Notes: a model not told the origin generated them from the letters alone. A DNA stretch of 64,000 nt from Dehalococcoidia bacterium (GCA_965232845.1 OZ247428.1:1565543-1629542), one strand, 5' to 3'; positions 47,169 to 56,461 are shown, counted from the first letter of the stretch. Translations and numbers: made by a program.

Positions 47169-47307
47169 GGACTACTATCTGCCTATGGTAGGTCTGGCCT
47201 TGAAGACCTTGGGACAATAAATCCGGCCGGGCGTCGGTGGCGTATTCTCTCTCAAATGACCGGAGTTGCGCAGCCATCTCAGCCTGGGCCTACGACAGCT
47301 AGCTACG

Positions 47308-47336
47308 TTGACACCTAGAATTACCTAGGTTAACAT
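47308..47336 (+). promoter_or_regulatory. sigma70-like promoter candidate (TTGACA, 17 nt spacer, TAACAT) upstream of sppA
   Basis: The hexamers and spacing were read directly. The spacer contains the ACCTAG-aatt-ACCTAG repeat. Confidence 0.35.
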
Positions 47337-47424
47337 CATAGGCCAGTATTTCGAATCTGACTCTTTTTTGCCCTCTCCGCATCGACGAGAAGTTTGCCCC
47401 GAGTCTGGGGATTAGTAGGTATGA

Positions 47425-48546
47425 ATGCGAATAGTCGCAGCCTTGGGACGAGTATTAGCTAACTGGTACGTGGCTGGGCCAGGCTTGGCAATAGCGGGCT
47501 TGGTCATTGGGTACGGAATCTTCTTCTATGCGATCCCCGGATATCCGGTACTGTTCCAGTCTGTCCCCGGCAACCCCAAGATAGGCGTCATCGATATTCC
47601 TTTTTCAGGAATTAACGAAAATTCCGCCTATGTTATAACCGCCTACCTGAACTACGCTCGCCTCAATCCGGAAATCAAGGGCGTACTCATCAAGCTGGCC
47701 AGCCCAGGGGGCGGCGCATCCGCCAGCGAGCAGCTTTACCACGAAACCGCCAGGCTTCGAGAAGAGAAGCCCGTCGTCATGGTAATGAACGGCATGGTCG
47801 CCAGCGGCGGTTACATGATGGCGATGGGTGTCAACCACTCCTACGCAAAGACTTCCTCCCTGGTCGGCAACGTGGGCGTAGTCGCCGGAACCGGCCCCAT
47901 TTTCCCTCCCCAGATTCCTGAACAGATAGCTTTCACCGGACCGTACAAGCTGACTGGGTCATCTCGCAGGGATTGGATATCAGACCTTGACCTGCTCAAG
48001 GAAGCATTCGTCTTGATGGTGGTCCAGGAAAGAGGAGATAAGCTCAAGATAACCCCGGAACAGGTCGGCGAGGGCAAGCTCTATACAGGTGTGGAGGCGG
48101 TGTCACTGGGCCTGGTGGATGAAATCGGCAGCGATACTGAAGGCTTCGCGAAAGTGGCGGAACTGGCCGGTATCAGTAATTACGGATTGGTCAACGTAAA
48201 CGTGGAAGTCAACCGCCTCTTCGTTCAGGACTTGCGGCGCATCTACTCCTCCAGCGGTGATATCGACCAGCCTCTGACCGAATCTGACGTGAACCTGCTC
48301 CAGATAATGGCAAGCCGCCAGGCTGTGCCAAGTCAGGGAGATACGGGTCAGGACGGGAATGCCTCCGAGTTACCCGAAATTGGCGACCTTAACACCGGTC
48401 CTGCATTGCCAAATGACTTCAGCGCTTTGAACCGCCCTATGGAATTCGGAGCATTGGGCCAGCCTCTTGGCAGCAAATTCCCCGACCTTCCCGTCGAAAT
48501 TAACCAACCGCAGTTTTACTACTTATACGTTGGAGCAGACCACTAA
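47425..48546 (+). CDS. sppA: signal peptide peptidase SppA (S49 family, 36K type)
   Basis: 373 aa with an N-terminal TM helix, IKGVLIKLASPGGGASASEQLY and the nucleophile region MNGMVASGGYMMA. Confidence 0.85.
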   Translation: MRIVAALGRVLANWYVAGPGLAIAGLVIGYGIFFYAIPGYPVLFQSVPGNPKIGVIDIPFSGINENSAYVITAYLNYARLNPEIKGVLIKLASPGGGASASEQLYHETARLREEKPVVMVMNGMVASGGYMMAMGVNHSYAKTSSLVGNVGVVAGTGPIFPPQIPEQIAFTGPYKLTGSSRRDWISDLDLLKEAFVLMVVQERGDKLKITPEQVGEGKLYTGVEAVSLGLVDEIGSDTEGFAKVAELAGISNYGLVNVNVEVNRLFVQDLRRIYSSSGDIDQPLTESDVNLLQIMASRQAVPSQGDTGQDGNASELPEIGDLNTGPALPNDFSALNRPMEFGALGQPLGSKFPDLPVEINQPQFYYLYVGADH

Positions 48547-48547
48547 A

Positions 48548-49834
48548 GTGTGGAAACTAGCTGTACTACCGGCCTTCCTGGTTGTCTTTCTCTTGGTGGC
48601 GCTCTTCACCTTTTACCGGGGTGTATACACGGCCCCTCCTACTCCCGACATTGCCTTTACGGAAATAACCTCTGAACCAACGGCTGCCAGTGAATATTCG
48701 GACGAACCAGTATTCTCTAGCAATCCCGTGGGCGGAGAAATTCGTGGGCATTTGCTGGTTGACGACTCTCACCGGAACAACTTCTATCGGGCTGAAATTG
48801 GCACTCTGCTGTCCCGGGTTGCGGCAAGGGGCTACGTTGCCAGTTTTCGCGAGCAGGACGCAACCGTCAAGTTGGCAACTCAACTCAGCCAAGTGGACGC
48901 TCTTGTCGTAGTCCTCCCCACACAGCCATTTAATGCAGAAGATATCGAAGCCGTCGTTGATTTCGTTGAGACCGGCGGGAAGCTGCTCTTGGTAGGTGAT
49001 CCGGGAAGATTCTTCAACCTGAATGAACTCGCGGAACCCCTGGGCATCTCCTTCCAGCCCGATTACCTCTACAACCAGGTAGAATACGATTCCAATTTCC
49101 GTGACATTTTCGTTCGCGACTTCCAGGCCGACTCCATTACCACGGGCGTGGGGGAGATGGTCTTCTATTACGCCGGGTCCCTAAAGTCCGCCGGGCCTGG
49201 TCTGACCCTCACCGATAGCAACACTCGTTCCACACTTTCGGAAACCGGAACCCCTCGCTCATCCGTAGCGATAGGGGCCCATAGAAACGTCCTGGCAGTT
49301 TACGACTTGACCTTCATGATTCCGCCGTACAGCGGCGTCAAGGACAATGGGCGCCTAGTGTCCAACATCGCCGATTTCCTGACGGAAGGCGACCGCAGCT
49401 ATAGGCTGGCCGACTTTCCCCGATTTTTCCAGGGCGAAGTTGACATCATGGTGGGGGAGCCCGGCCTGATCTCCCAGGGAGCCAGGATGAAGCAGGTCCT
49501 GGGCAGCAAAGGCATCACCGCCCAACTGCGCGGCACTGAAAACGTGGGCACAGACACTGTCTTGCTGGCCCTGTTCGAGAATCACGCCGGCGTGTCCCGT
49601 TACCTTGAGGCGAATGGCATTCGCATCGGCGACACTTTGGACACCCCCTTTGCCTCGGGCATTTCACTGGAAGAGCGAGCGGTAATGCTGCTGGACCGGT
49701 CGGGTGAACGGGACGTCCTGGTAATAGTTGCAGACACCTCTGACGGGTTAGAGTCTGCCATTAACCTGCTAAACGCGGGCACGTTCCGGAATGGACTAGT
49801 TGACGATATTACAGGGGTGTTTGAAACCAGATGA
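48548..49834 (+). CDS. membrane-anchored hypothetical protein, GldG / DUF4350-like (ABC-transporter-auxiliary-type) domain
   Basis: ORF track 48467..49834. GTG 48548 lies 1 nt after the sppA stop. Has the N-terminal TM VWKLAVLPAFLVVFLLVALFTFY. The motif ALVVVLPTQPFNAEDIEAVVDFVETGGKLLLVGDP resembles GldG/DUF4350 proteins. The family call is tentative. Confidence 0.5.
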   Translation: MWKLAVLPAFLVVFLLVALFTFYRGVYTAPPTPDIAFTEITSEPTAASEYSDEPVFSSNPVGGEIRGHLLVDDSHRNNFYRAEIGTLLSRVAARGYVASFREQDATVKLATQLSQVDALVVVLPTQPFNAEDIEAVVDFVETGGKLLLVGDPGRFFNLNELAEPLGISFQPDYLYNQVEYDSNFRDIFVRDFQADSITTGVGEMVFYYAGSLKSAGPGLTLTDSNTRSTLSETGTPRSSVAIGAHRNVLAVYDLTFMIPPYSGVKDNGRLVSNIADFLTEGDRSYRLADFPRFFQGEVDIMVGEPGLISQGARMKQVLGSKGITAQLRGTENVGTDTVLLALFENHAGVSRYLEANGIRIGDTLDTPFASGISLEERAVMLLDRSGERDVLVIVADTSDGLESAINLLNAGTFRNGLVDDITGVFETR

Positions 49835-51576
49835 AGATTAGACCTCTTCCTTTCCTCATGCCGGTGGCTGCTGTATTGCTCCTGCTGGTGATGGCCTGTT
49901 CAGAACAGGCGTCGGATTCAAACCCTGATGCTCAATCCACCGGCGCAAGTACGGAAATGTCGGCGTCTTCCGGTTCCGCTCCTACAGCGGTGCCTGTATC
50001 CGCGGAACTTGTTACAGAATTTTCTGCTGCCCAGGATTCCATCAACGCCGACTGGGACGAACTCCACGTCGACTTTGACCGCTGGCGGGGGAATCTCAGC
50101 GCATGTGACCGCACTGCCGCCCTTGCCGCCATGCGGGTGTTCGCCAGCGACTTCGGGCAAGTCGCCGAGCAAGCCCGTGCCCTGCCCGGCAAGGGGATCA
50201 CTCGGGAACTGCCTGACAATGTGATCCTGGCAGCCAACAGCGAAGAAGCCTCACTGAGGTTGTTGCGGGACACTTGGCTTCCCGGTGACGTTTCTCTCCT
50301 GGAAAACACCCAGACTGAGCGGGCCACGGCAGCCGGTTTGATACGTGCCACAGCCATTGAAGTAGACAAACTGGAAGAACTGGACAAGCCGGAAGACCAG
50401 GAAGTAGCCGAGGATTTCGCAGACGCCCTGGCGCCGGTAGACGAGGCTTGGGACGCCTTCAGCGATTCATATGGAGCATTGGAAGACGATCACATTGACC
50501 TCAGTGTCAGCGAAATCGTCACCCGCCTCAGAGTATTGATAGATGAGCACGAGGCTGTGCTGGAAAGCCTGGAAGATATCCCTTCCGACAAGGTCACCGA
50601 CGCTGTTCAGGACCAACTGGTCGAAGCCGCTGAAGCAGAGTCCGAAGCATTAGACGACTTGCTGGACGCCTTCCGCCGGGAAGCCAGGGCAGCCGACAGC
50701 GGCAATGGAGCGGAGGATTCTGACAGCGCTGCCCAGAACGGCAATGGGAACGGCGATGGAAATGGGGGTACGGCATCAAGCGAAAATGGGCCCGAAGCCA
50801 GTTCTGAAGAATCTGCCGAATCCGTCGAGGAAGGCACCGAGGGCTCTACCGGTTCACCCCAGGGAACGGCCGAAAACCACGAGCGTGGTACCGTAGGCCT
50901 GGGTCAAGTAACTGGACAGACCGGACCGGATGTCCAGGGAGGCGTAACCGGAATCCCCACCCTCTTCACCGGTCTTCCCACCGGCCTGACTGACCCCACC
51001 ACTGCCGGCCAACAAGCGGGCCCCGACTCTTCCGAAGACGAAGAGTCCGGTGCCGAAGAGGCAGACTACTCTGCATACTTCGATACTTTCGAAGATACGC
51101 TGGACCAGACGAAGGTAACTCGAAAGCAGGCTGGCCGGGAGCTTGAAGCCATAATCGAAGGCGTCAGTGAAGACGACAAAGAAGCCCTGGCAGAATTTAC
51201 GTCCGCCTTTGCGGATCTAATGGATGACTGGAACAATTTCCATGCAGAGTTTGACCGGTGGGTACGAACAGAGGGTAATTGTAACCGCACCAGCGCCGTG
51301 GAAGAGCTCCACGATTTCAACCAGCAGTTCAGTGAGCTAGGCAACCGTGTGAGGGAACTGTCCCAGGTGTCTTACCTCCGGCCCAGCTCTGATCTCCTCG
51401 CTGAGGCCATCGACCGGGAGGGTGCCGCCTTGCGGGGGCTTGCCAGCACCTGGGCTCCTTACGAAAGCGATGTCTATCGTGGCCTGGACGATGAAAGGGC
51501 CAATGCAGTGAATCTGAGGCGACTGGCCGACCGTCGGACGCAAGAATTGATTGAAAGGAACGGAATGGTGCAGTAA
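49831..51576 (+). CDS. acidic lipoprotein with two copies of an unrecognised ~100-aa domain flanking a disordered linker
   Basis: 581 aa. ATGA overlap with the upstream gene. Signal peptide plus lipobox LLLVMAC. Has the internal repeats DWDELHVDFDRWRGNLSACDRTAALAAMRVF... and DWNNFHAEFDRWVRTEGNCNRTSAVEELHDF... Confidence 0.7.
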   Translation: MKIRPLPFLMPVAAVLLLLVMACSEQASDSNPDAQSTGASTEMSASSGSAPTAVPVSAELVTEFSAAQDSINADWDELHVDFDRWRGNLSACDRTAALAAMRVFASDFGQVAEQARALPGKGITRELPDNVILAANSEEASLRLLRDTWLPGDVSLLENTQTERATAAGLIRATAIEVDKLEELDKPEDQEVAEDFADALAPVDEAWDAFSDSYGALEDDHIDLSVSEIVTRLRVLIDEHEAVLESLEDIPSDKVTDAVQDQLVEAAEAESEALDDLLDAFRREARAADSGNGAEDSDSAAQNGNGNGDGNGGTASSENGPEASSEESAESVEEGTEGSTGSPQGTAENHERGTVGLGQVTGQTGPDVQGGVTGIPTLFTGLPTGLTDPTTAGQQAGPDSSEDEESGAEEADYSAYFDTFEDTLDQTKVTRKQAGRELEAIIEGVSEDDKEALAEFTSAFADLMDDWNNFHAEFDRWVRTEGNCNRTSAVEELHDFNQQFSELGNRVRELSQVSYLRPSSDLLAEAIDREGAALRGLASTWAPYESDVYRGLDDERANAVNLRRLADRRTQELIERNGMVQ

Positions 51577-51625
51577 CCCAGCTTCTTCGGTCTTCGGCGT
51601 AACCCATTAGCCAGCTACAACAGTG

Positions 51626-51658
51626 GCCCCCATCTTCCAGCCTTTTGAAGATGGGGGC
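51626..51658. terminator. bidirectional terminator hairpin
   Basis: 12-bp perfect stem GCCCCCATCTTC-cagcctttt-GAAGATGGGGGC followed by TTCTTCT. It lies between convergent genes. Confidence 0.7.
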
Positions 51659-51767
51659 TTCTTCTGTGGTCGAGGGCTCTGAACTCCCAGCATATAAGGC
51701 CCGATCGCGCCGGCGTCCCGCTAAAGGTTTATTTGGCGAGGCTCGAAACAAGGCCAACTGCCCCGGG

Positions 51768-52850
51768 TCACGAACCGGTCACAAGGCGCTCGACCATTTC
51801 AGCGCCCTGTAGGACCTCCGGGATCACCGCAGTCTCTTCCTTGGTGTGGAAAGAGCGTACGCCAATGCCTACCGGCAAAGCGGCTATCCCATGCTCGAAG
51901 AACACGTTGGAGTCGGAACCGCCTCCACTACCTTCCAGTCGCGGTTCCATTCCCACTTCCCCCAGCGCCCGGGCCAGCATAGCCACCGTGGAATGTTCGG
52001 CACCTACCCGATAAGCCCGGTAGCTGTTCTTTATGTCAACATCAAGGCGCGCCTCCGGGTACATTGCTGAGACCTCGTCAAACACCTGGCGGAACCGGTC
52101 GGTATAGCGGTCCAGCTTTTGCTGATCCCGACTTCGTATCTCCCCGTCCAGGAAGGCCCGCTCGGGAATTATGTTTCGTTTCAGCCCTCCTTCCAGGTAT
52201 CCGATATTGGAAGTCGTCTCCTCGTCGATCCGGCCCAAGGGAAGCCTGGTCAAAAGGTGTCCGGCGATTACCAGAGCCGAAATGCCATTCTCGGGTTCCA
52301 GTCCAGCGTGGGCGGCGCGACCGTGTATCTCCACCTTCACCACATTCTGGGAAGGCGCTGCTACGGTTAGCCGGTTCACCGGGCCTTCGCCATCAAGTAC
52401 AACACCACGCTTGGCGGATACCAGGCTGAAGTCCAGGTTGTGTGCCCCGTTTAGTCCCCCTTCTTCGGCACGGGAAAATATTACTTCTACAGGCAGATGC
52501 GTTGCCCCTGACTCTCGAACCGCAGTCAAAGCCTCCAACACAATGGCTACTCCCGCTTTGCAGTCACCTCCCAGTATGGTGGTACCATCGGAGTGAAGCA
52601 CATCCCCATCAAGTTGCGGTTTGATGCCACGGCCGGGTTCCACCGTATCCAAATGGGCCGATAGGATAAGCGGTTCCCCCTCCCCGTCGAGCTTGGCTAT
52701 CACATTCTTGTAGGCATCGTGCTGTACCTTGAATCCCAGGGCTTGAAGGCGGGAAGATACTTCCCAGTCCATTTCGTCCTCTTCGCCGGTGGGACTGTCG
52801 ATACGGATCAGGTCCATCAGCGTCTTGATCAACCTCTCCCGGTTCGCCAT
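51768..52850 (-). CDS. M20-family metallopeptidase (peptidase T / tripeptidase-like)
   Basis: ORF track 51768..53051; ATG 52850 (MANRERLIKTLMDLIRIDSPTGEE) with an AAGGGAGGGG Shine-Dalgarno is preferred. Has the motifs SAHLDTV, GGDCKAG and SRAEEGG. Confidence 0.85.
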   Translation of the reverse strand: MANRERLIKTLMDLIRIDSPTGEEDEMDWEVSSRLQALGFKVQHDAYKNVIAKLDGEGEPLILSAHLDTVEPGRGIKPQLDGDVLHSDGTTILGGDCKAGVAIVLEALTAVRESGATHLPVEVIFSRAEEGGLNGAHNLDFSLVSAKRGVVLDGEGPVNRLTVAAPSQNVVKVEIHGRAAHAGLEPENGISALVIAGHLLTRLPLGRIDEETTSNIGYLEGGLKRNIIPERAFLDGEIRSRDQQKLDRYTDRFRQVFDEVSAMYPEARLDVDIKNSYRAYRVGAEHSTVAMLARALGEVGMEPRLEGSGGGSDSNVFFEHGIAALPVGIGVRSFHTKEETAVIPEVLQGAEMVERLVTGS

Positions 52851-52966
52851 CCTGTCCCCTCCCTTAAGTGGCTGTGGTCTTTGTTGCCGATTATACAGTA
52901 GAAGCACCGACCTAAAGACATGCCTTAACCTGTTGTGTATACTGAACCAACGGTAAGGGAGCGGGA

Positions 52967-53212
52967 ATGGAACTTTCGGTGAGATTTTTTGCGTTGTACC
53001 GCGAACGGGCCGGTTGCAGTGTGACAGGCATATCGGTCGAGCCGGGAGCAACCGTCGCGGACTTGTTGACCACTGTTCGGGAACAGTTTCCGCGTCTGGC
53101 GCCTCCCGACGTTCAGATAGTAGTAGCAGTCAACGAAGAGTACGCCGAACCGGATACCCCCCTGAGCGCCGGAGATGAAATCTGTTTGATTCCCCCGGTC
53201 AGCGGAGGCTAA
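52967..53212 (+). CDS. moaD: MoaD/ThiS-family sulfur carrier protein
   Basis: 81 aa ending in the ...IPPVSGG diglycine. Immediately upstream of moaE. Confidence 0.85.
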   Translation: MELSVRFFALYRERAGCSVTGISVEPGATVADLLTTVREQFPRLAPPDVQIVVAVNEEYAEPDTPLSAGDEICLIPPVSGG

Positions 53213-53265
53213 GACCCCTCCAGGCTCCTCCACCTGGCAAGCCATCCCCATAGCAGGTCATAAAT

Positions 53266-53751
53266 ATGAGCGACATGATAGTTATTACCGAGCAACCCCT
53301 CAATCCGGAGGACTACACCAGCTTGGTGCAACGTGATTCCAACGGCGCCGTGGTGACTTTCCTCGGGACCACCAGGGATTCCTTCGAGGGGAAAAAGGTC
53401 ATTCACCTGGAATATGAAGCCTACGAGGAAATGGCCTACAAGAAGCTGGAGGAAATCCGCCAGGAGCTGAAGGCCGAGTTTGGTGTGGAAGATGTCGCCA
53501 TTGCCCATCGCATCGGACCGGTGAACATCGGTCAGATCAGCCTGGTGGTGGCTGTTGCTTCACCACATCGGAAAGAGGCCTTTTACGCCTGCCACGAAGC
53601 GGTCAACCGGCTAAAGCATGTAGTGCCCATTTGGAAGAAAGAGGTCTACGAAGGCGGAGAACACTGGGTCTCTTGCGAAGACCACGAATTCCACGAAGAA
53701 TCCGCTTCCCATAAACCTGAGACGGCACCCGCCACAGCGGATAACGACTAG
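53266..53751 (+). CDS. moaE: molybdopterin synthase catalytic subunit MoaE
   Basis: 161 aa with GAVVTFLGTTRD...LEYEAYEEMA...HRIGPVNIGQISLVVAVASPHR...IWKKE. Confidence 0.88.
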   Translation: MSDMIVITEQPLNPEDYTSLVQRDSNGAVVTFLGTTRDSFEGKKVIHLEYEAYEEMAYKKLEEIRQELKAEFGVEDVAIAHRIGPVNIGQISLVVAVASPHRKEAFYACHEAVNRLKHVVPIWKKEVYEGGEHWVSCEDHEFHEESASHKPETAPATADND

Positions 53752-53754
53752 CCC

Positions 53755-54996
53755 TTGCTTTCCCGACGGTGCCTTTTCATGCTGATGGGAGCCTTGGCGC
53801 TCCTGCCCACTTACTTGTTTCTCGCCACAACCCAGGTATTATCCAATGAGCCAGTTGTTACCTTGCGTCTTTGCCGCGCGTTTGTTACTCCCTGCCAGCA
53901 GGAAGTAAACCTGCCTGTCGGCGGGGAAGTGGCTCTGGCCCTCCGCTTAGACTCCCCTGATTCCCCTGCGCCCGCACAACCCTTGTCTTTGGTCGCCTGG
54001 TACCTGAAGGTGCTCTTCCTTGAAGACGAAGCTGTCGAAATCTCAACCCTTCGCTCGGCAGGCAGGCCCTTCCAGGAACGGGGTTCCCCTGACTTGGTCC
54101 TTAATGATGTCAGGTCTCTCCATGAACCACCACCTCGGTCGTCCAGCGAAAGTTTGGGATATTACCGCATAAGTAACGGTTACGAGCATGGCACAAGAAC
54201 GGCGGAATATGGGGTTACTGTGGTAGCTTTCGCTCCACGCGGACAAGCCGAGGCGGGTATCCGTTTACCAGAGGAAGGCAGCGTTTTGATCGGTAACATT
54301 AACCTAAGGGGGCTTAATGCCGGCACCACTCAACTGCTAGCCGGAGAATCAGCATCCCTTAGCCCCCAGGTCGTTCTCGCCGATGGCTCGAGTGGTTTGA
54401 GCCAGACCGAACTGGAAGTCGATGGTCCCCTGGCGGTGATAAATGTGGGGACCACGGCAGAGAAATCCCGCCTGCAAGGCCACGTTTGGTCAGACCTGCC
54501 GGCTGGCGAGGGCTCCTTTCATCCGTTCACTGGTACCTTCGACGTTCAATTCTGGCAGCCTGGTACCGTCCCAGTGTGGCAGGGAGGAACTGACCATCCC
54601 ACGGTGACCTTTACCAACCTGACCGCGGACGGCGAAGGCAACTACCACGTGCCCGACCTTACTCCCCAACTGCTTCCTGCTGGAAGTTACGATCTGCGAG
54701 CCAGGGGAGCGGGAACCCTTTCTATTATGGAGCGGGACGTGCATATTGATACCTCGGGAAGCAGCGGGCAGCCCTTGCCAATAACCATAATAGTGAACCT
54801 GGGGCCGCTGCCGTCCGGGGACCTAACTGGCGACAACAGGGTGAATGAAGAAGATTTGACCCTTCTTAAATCGAACTTCGGAAGCCTGGCAAGTCGCAGC
54901 GATGCCGTGGCAACAGGAGACATCAACAATGACGGGATAGTGGACGGCCAGGACTTTTCCCTCATGGCTGCCAACTTCAGGAAGCAAGGGGAGTAA
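53755..54996 (+). CDS. secreted hypothetical protein with C-terminal dockerin-type repeats
   Basis: 413 aa with an N-terminal hydrophobic signal-like segment. The C-terminus has two Ca-binding dockerin-like repeats, GDLTGDNRVNEEDLTLLKSNF and GDINNDGIVDGQDFSLMAANF. Confidence 0.6.
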   Translation: MLSRRCLFMLMGALALLPTYLFLATTQVLSNEPVVTLRLCRAFVTPCQQEVNLPVGGEVALALRLDSPDSPAPAQPLSLVAWYLKVLFLEDEAVEISTLRSAGRPFQERGSPDLVLNDVRSLHEPPPRSSSESLGYYRISNGYEHGTRTAEYGVTVVAFAPRGQAEAGIRLPEEGSVLIGNINLRGLNAGTTQLLAGESASLSPQVVLADGSSGLSQTELEVDGPLAVINVGTTAEKSRLQGHVWSDLPAGEGSFHPFTGTFDVQFWQPGTVPVWQGGTDHPTVTFTNLTADGEGNYHVPDLTPQLLPAGSYDLRARGAGTLSIMERDVHIDTSGSSGQPLPITIIVNLGPLPSGDLTGDNRVNEEDLTLLKSNFGSLASRSDAVATGDINNDGIVDGQDFSLMAANFRKQGE

Positions 54997-55085
54997 GTGC
55001 AAATCACTCCTCGAATTGAAATCCTACGTCAGGCCAAGACAGGAGCGGTTGGACAACTCATTTCAAGCAGACGACTTGCGTTCAA

Positions 55086-55574
55086 CTACCCCTGTAAGGA
55101 AATAGTCGCTGTAGCCTCCGCAACCAGTTGGTTGTCCTGGTTTTCAATCGCAACCAGGCACTTAACGAGGTTCAGCCCATCTGCCTGCCCCTTGTCAACA
55201 ACTCTGCCCGACATGCTTATGGTGTCCTCCGGTTTTACAGGAACAACCAATTTCAAGTCCAAGCTGCTCCCCCTGGCAACTATGTTCGGCAGCGGAAAAC
55301 CCTTTTCCAGCAACTCGGTAACGTAGGACAACAGTGCCTGACTCGCTGCCTCAGCGGTTTTGAGCGGGTCATCTTCTGCATCCTCACCACCCCGGCCATC
55401 GTGGGGAGACAAGAACTTCAAGAAGGTCTCGATGGTATCTGACGTTTCCCACTTAACTACTATGGGAAGTTCGTCTCCGATACTCACCGATTCAAATGTA
55501 GTAGTCTTAGCCCACAATCTTGCCATAGCCTCATTCTCGCCAACCGTATCTTGCTTAACAAGGGAAGTACCCAA
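55086..55574 (-). CDS. MaoC-like / hotdog-fold dehydratase-family protein
   Basis: 162 aa with a hotdog-like C-terminal part ...ISMSGRVVDKGQADGLNLVKCLVAIENQDNQLVAEATATISL. The start is uncertain (TTG 55574 or ATG 55526). Confidence 0.5.
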   Translation of the reverse strand: MGTSLVKQDTVGENEAMARLWAKTTTFESVSIGDELPIVVKWETSDTIETFLKFLSPHDGRGGEDAEDDPLKTAEAASQALLSYVTELLEKGFPLPNIVARGSSLDLKLVVPVKPEDTISMSGRVVDKGQADGLNLVKCLVAIENQDNQLVAEATATISLQG

Positions 55575-55720
55575 CGCACATTATCCTTCAATCGATTGCC
55601 AGGGCCAAGGTCTGCCAAGCTGTCTCAGCTTTTCGCGACCGCCGGTCTGTGTGCTAAACTGGCTTCCTGTTTGTATGCTAAAACAACAGTATTTTCCAGA
55701 GCCCGGGGAGGCAACATCCA

Positions 55721-56431
55721 ATGACCAGCAAGGAATCAGCTTTGAATCGGGGAATGGTGGTAGTAGCCCACGCCGACGACGCCGAATGGGGTTGTTCCGG
55801 CACCGTCGCCAAATTGTGCGCCGAGGGGTGGGAAATGGTGTATGTCCTTTGCACCGACGGCAGCAAAGGCATCGACGACCCGGAAATTTCCGGCGAAGAA
55901 CTTATTCGGATTAGAATGGAAGAACAGACCAACGCCGGAAAAGTTCTGGGACTTCACGATGTCGTGTTCCTGGGCTACGAGGATGCCATGCTCCAGCCCA
56001 GCCTTGACCTACGCCGGGACATCGCCAAACAGATACGCCGCTATCGCCCCAACCTCGTAATCTGCCAGAATCCGGTTCGTGACCTGGTAGGCCGAGGCTA
56101 CATCGGACACCCAGACCATTTTGCCGCCGGCGAGGCCACCCTGGCAGCGGTCTACCCCACGTCCCGCGACCGCCTAACCTTTCCCGAACTGCTGGCGGAA
56201 GGACTGGAGCCGCACAAAGTCCCGGAACTTTGGATAATGGACCGCCAAAACGCCGACCAATACGTAGATGTAACCGACTACATCGAAACCGCGGTGAACG
56301 CCCTGCGGGCCCACGCCAGCCAGGTCGATTCAGATGATGCCGACAGATACTTAAAGGGCTGGCGAAGCGAAATTGGCGCCGAAGTGGGTTTCCAATATGC
56401 CGAGGCCTTCAAGCGATTTGAAATGCACTGA
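55721..56431 (+). CDS. PIG-L/LmbE-family deacetylase
   Basis: 236 aa with the motifs VVVAHADDAEWG, TDGSKG and GHPDH. Confidence 0.85.
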   Translation: MTSKESALNRGMVVVAHADDAEWGCSGTVAKLCAEGWEMVYVLCTDGSKGIDDPEISGEELIRIRMEEQTNAGKVLGLHDVVFLGYEDAMLQPSLDLRRDIAKQIRRYRPNLVICQNPVRDLVGRGYIGHPDHFAAGEATLAAVYPTSRDRLTFPELLAEGLEPHKVPELWIMDRQNADQYVDVTDYIETAVNALRAHASQVDSDDADRYLKGWRSEIGAEVGFQYAEAFKRFEMH

Positions 56432-56461
56432 TGGAAGCCGGCAAATGCAGCCACAAAATGC

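Noticed and set aside
50733-50770. A short nucleotide periodicity (AACGGCAATGGGAACGGCGATGGAAATGGGGG) resembling a micro-repeat.
   Set aside because: It is in-frame coding low complexity (NGNGNGDGNGG) inside the lipoprotein linker, not a CRISPR or satellite repeat.
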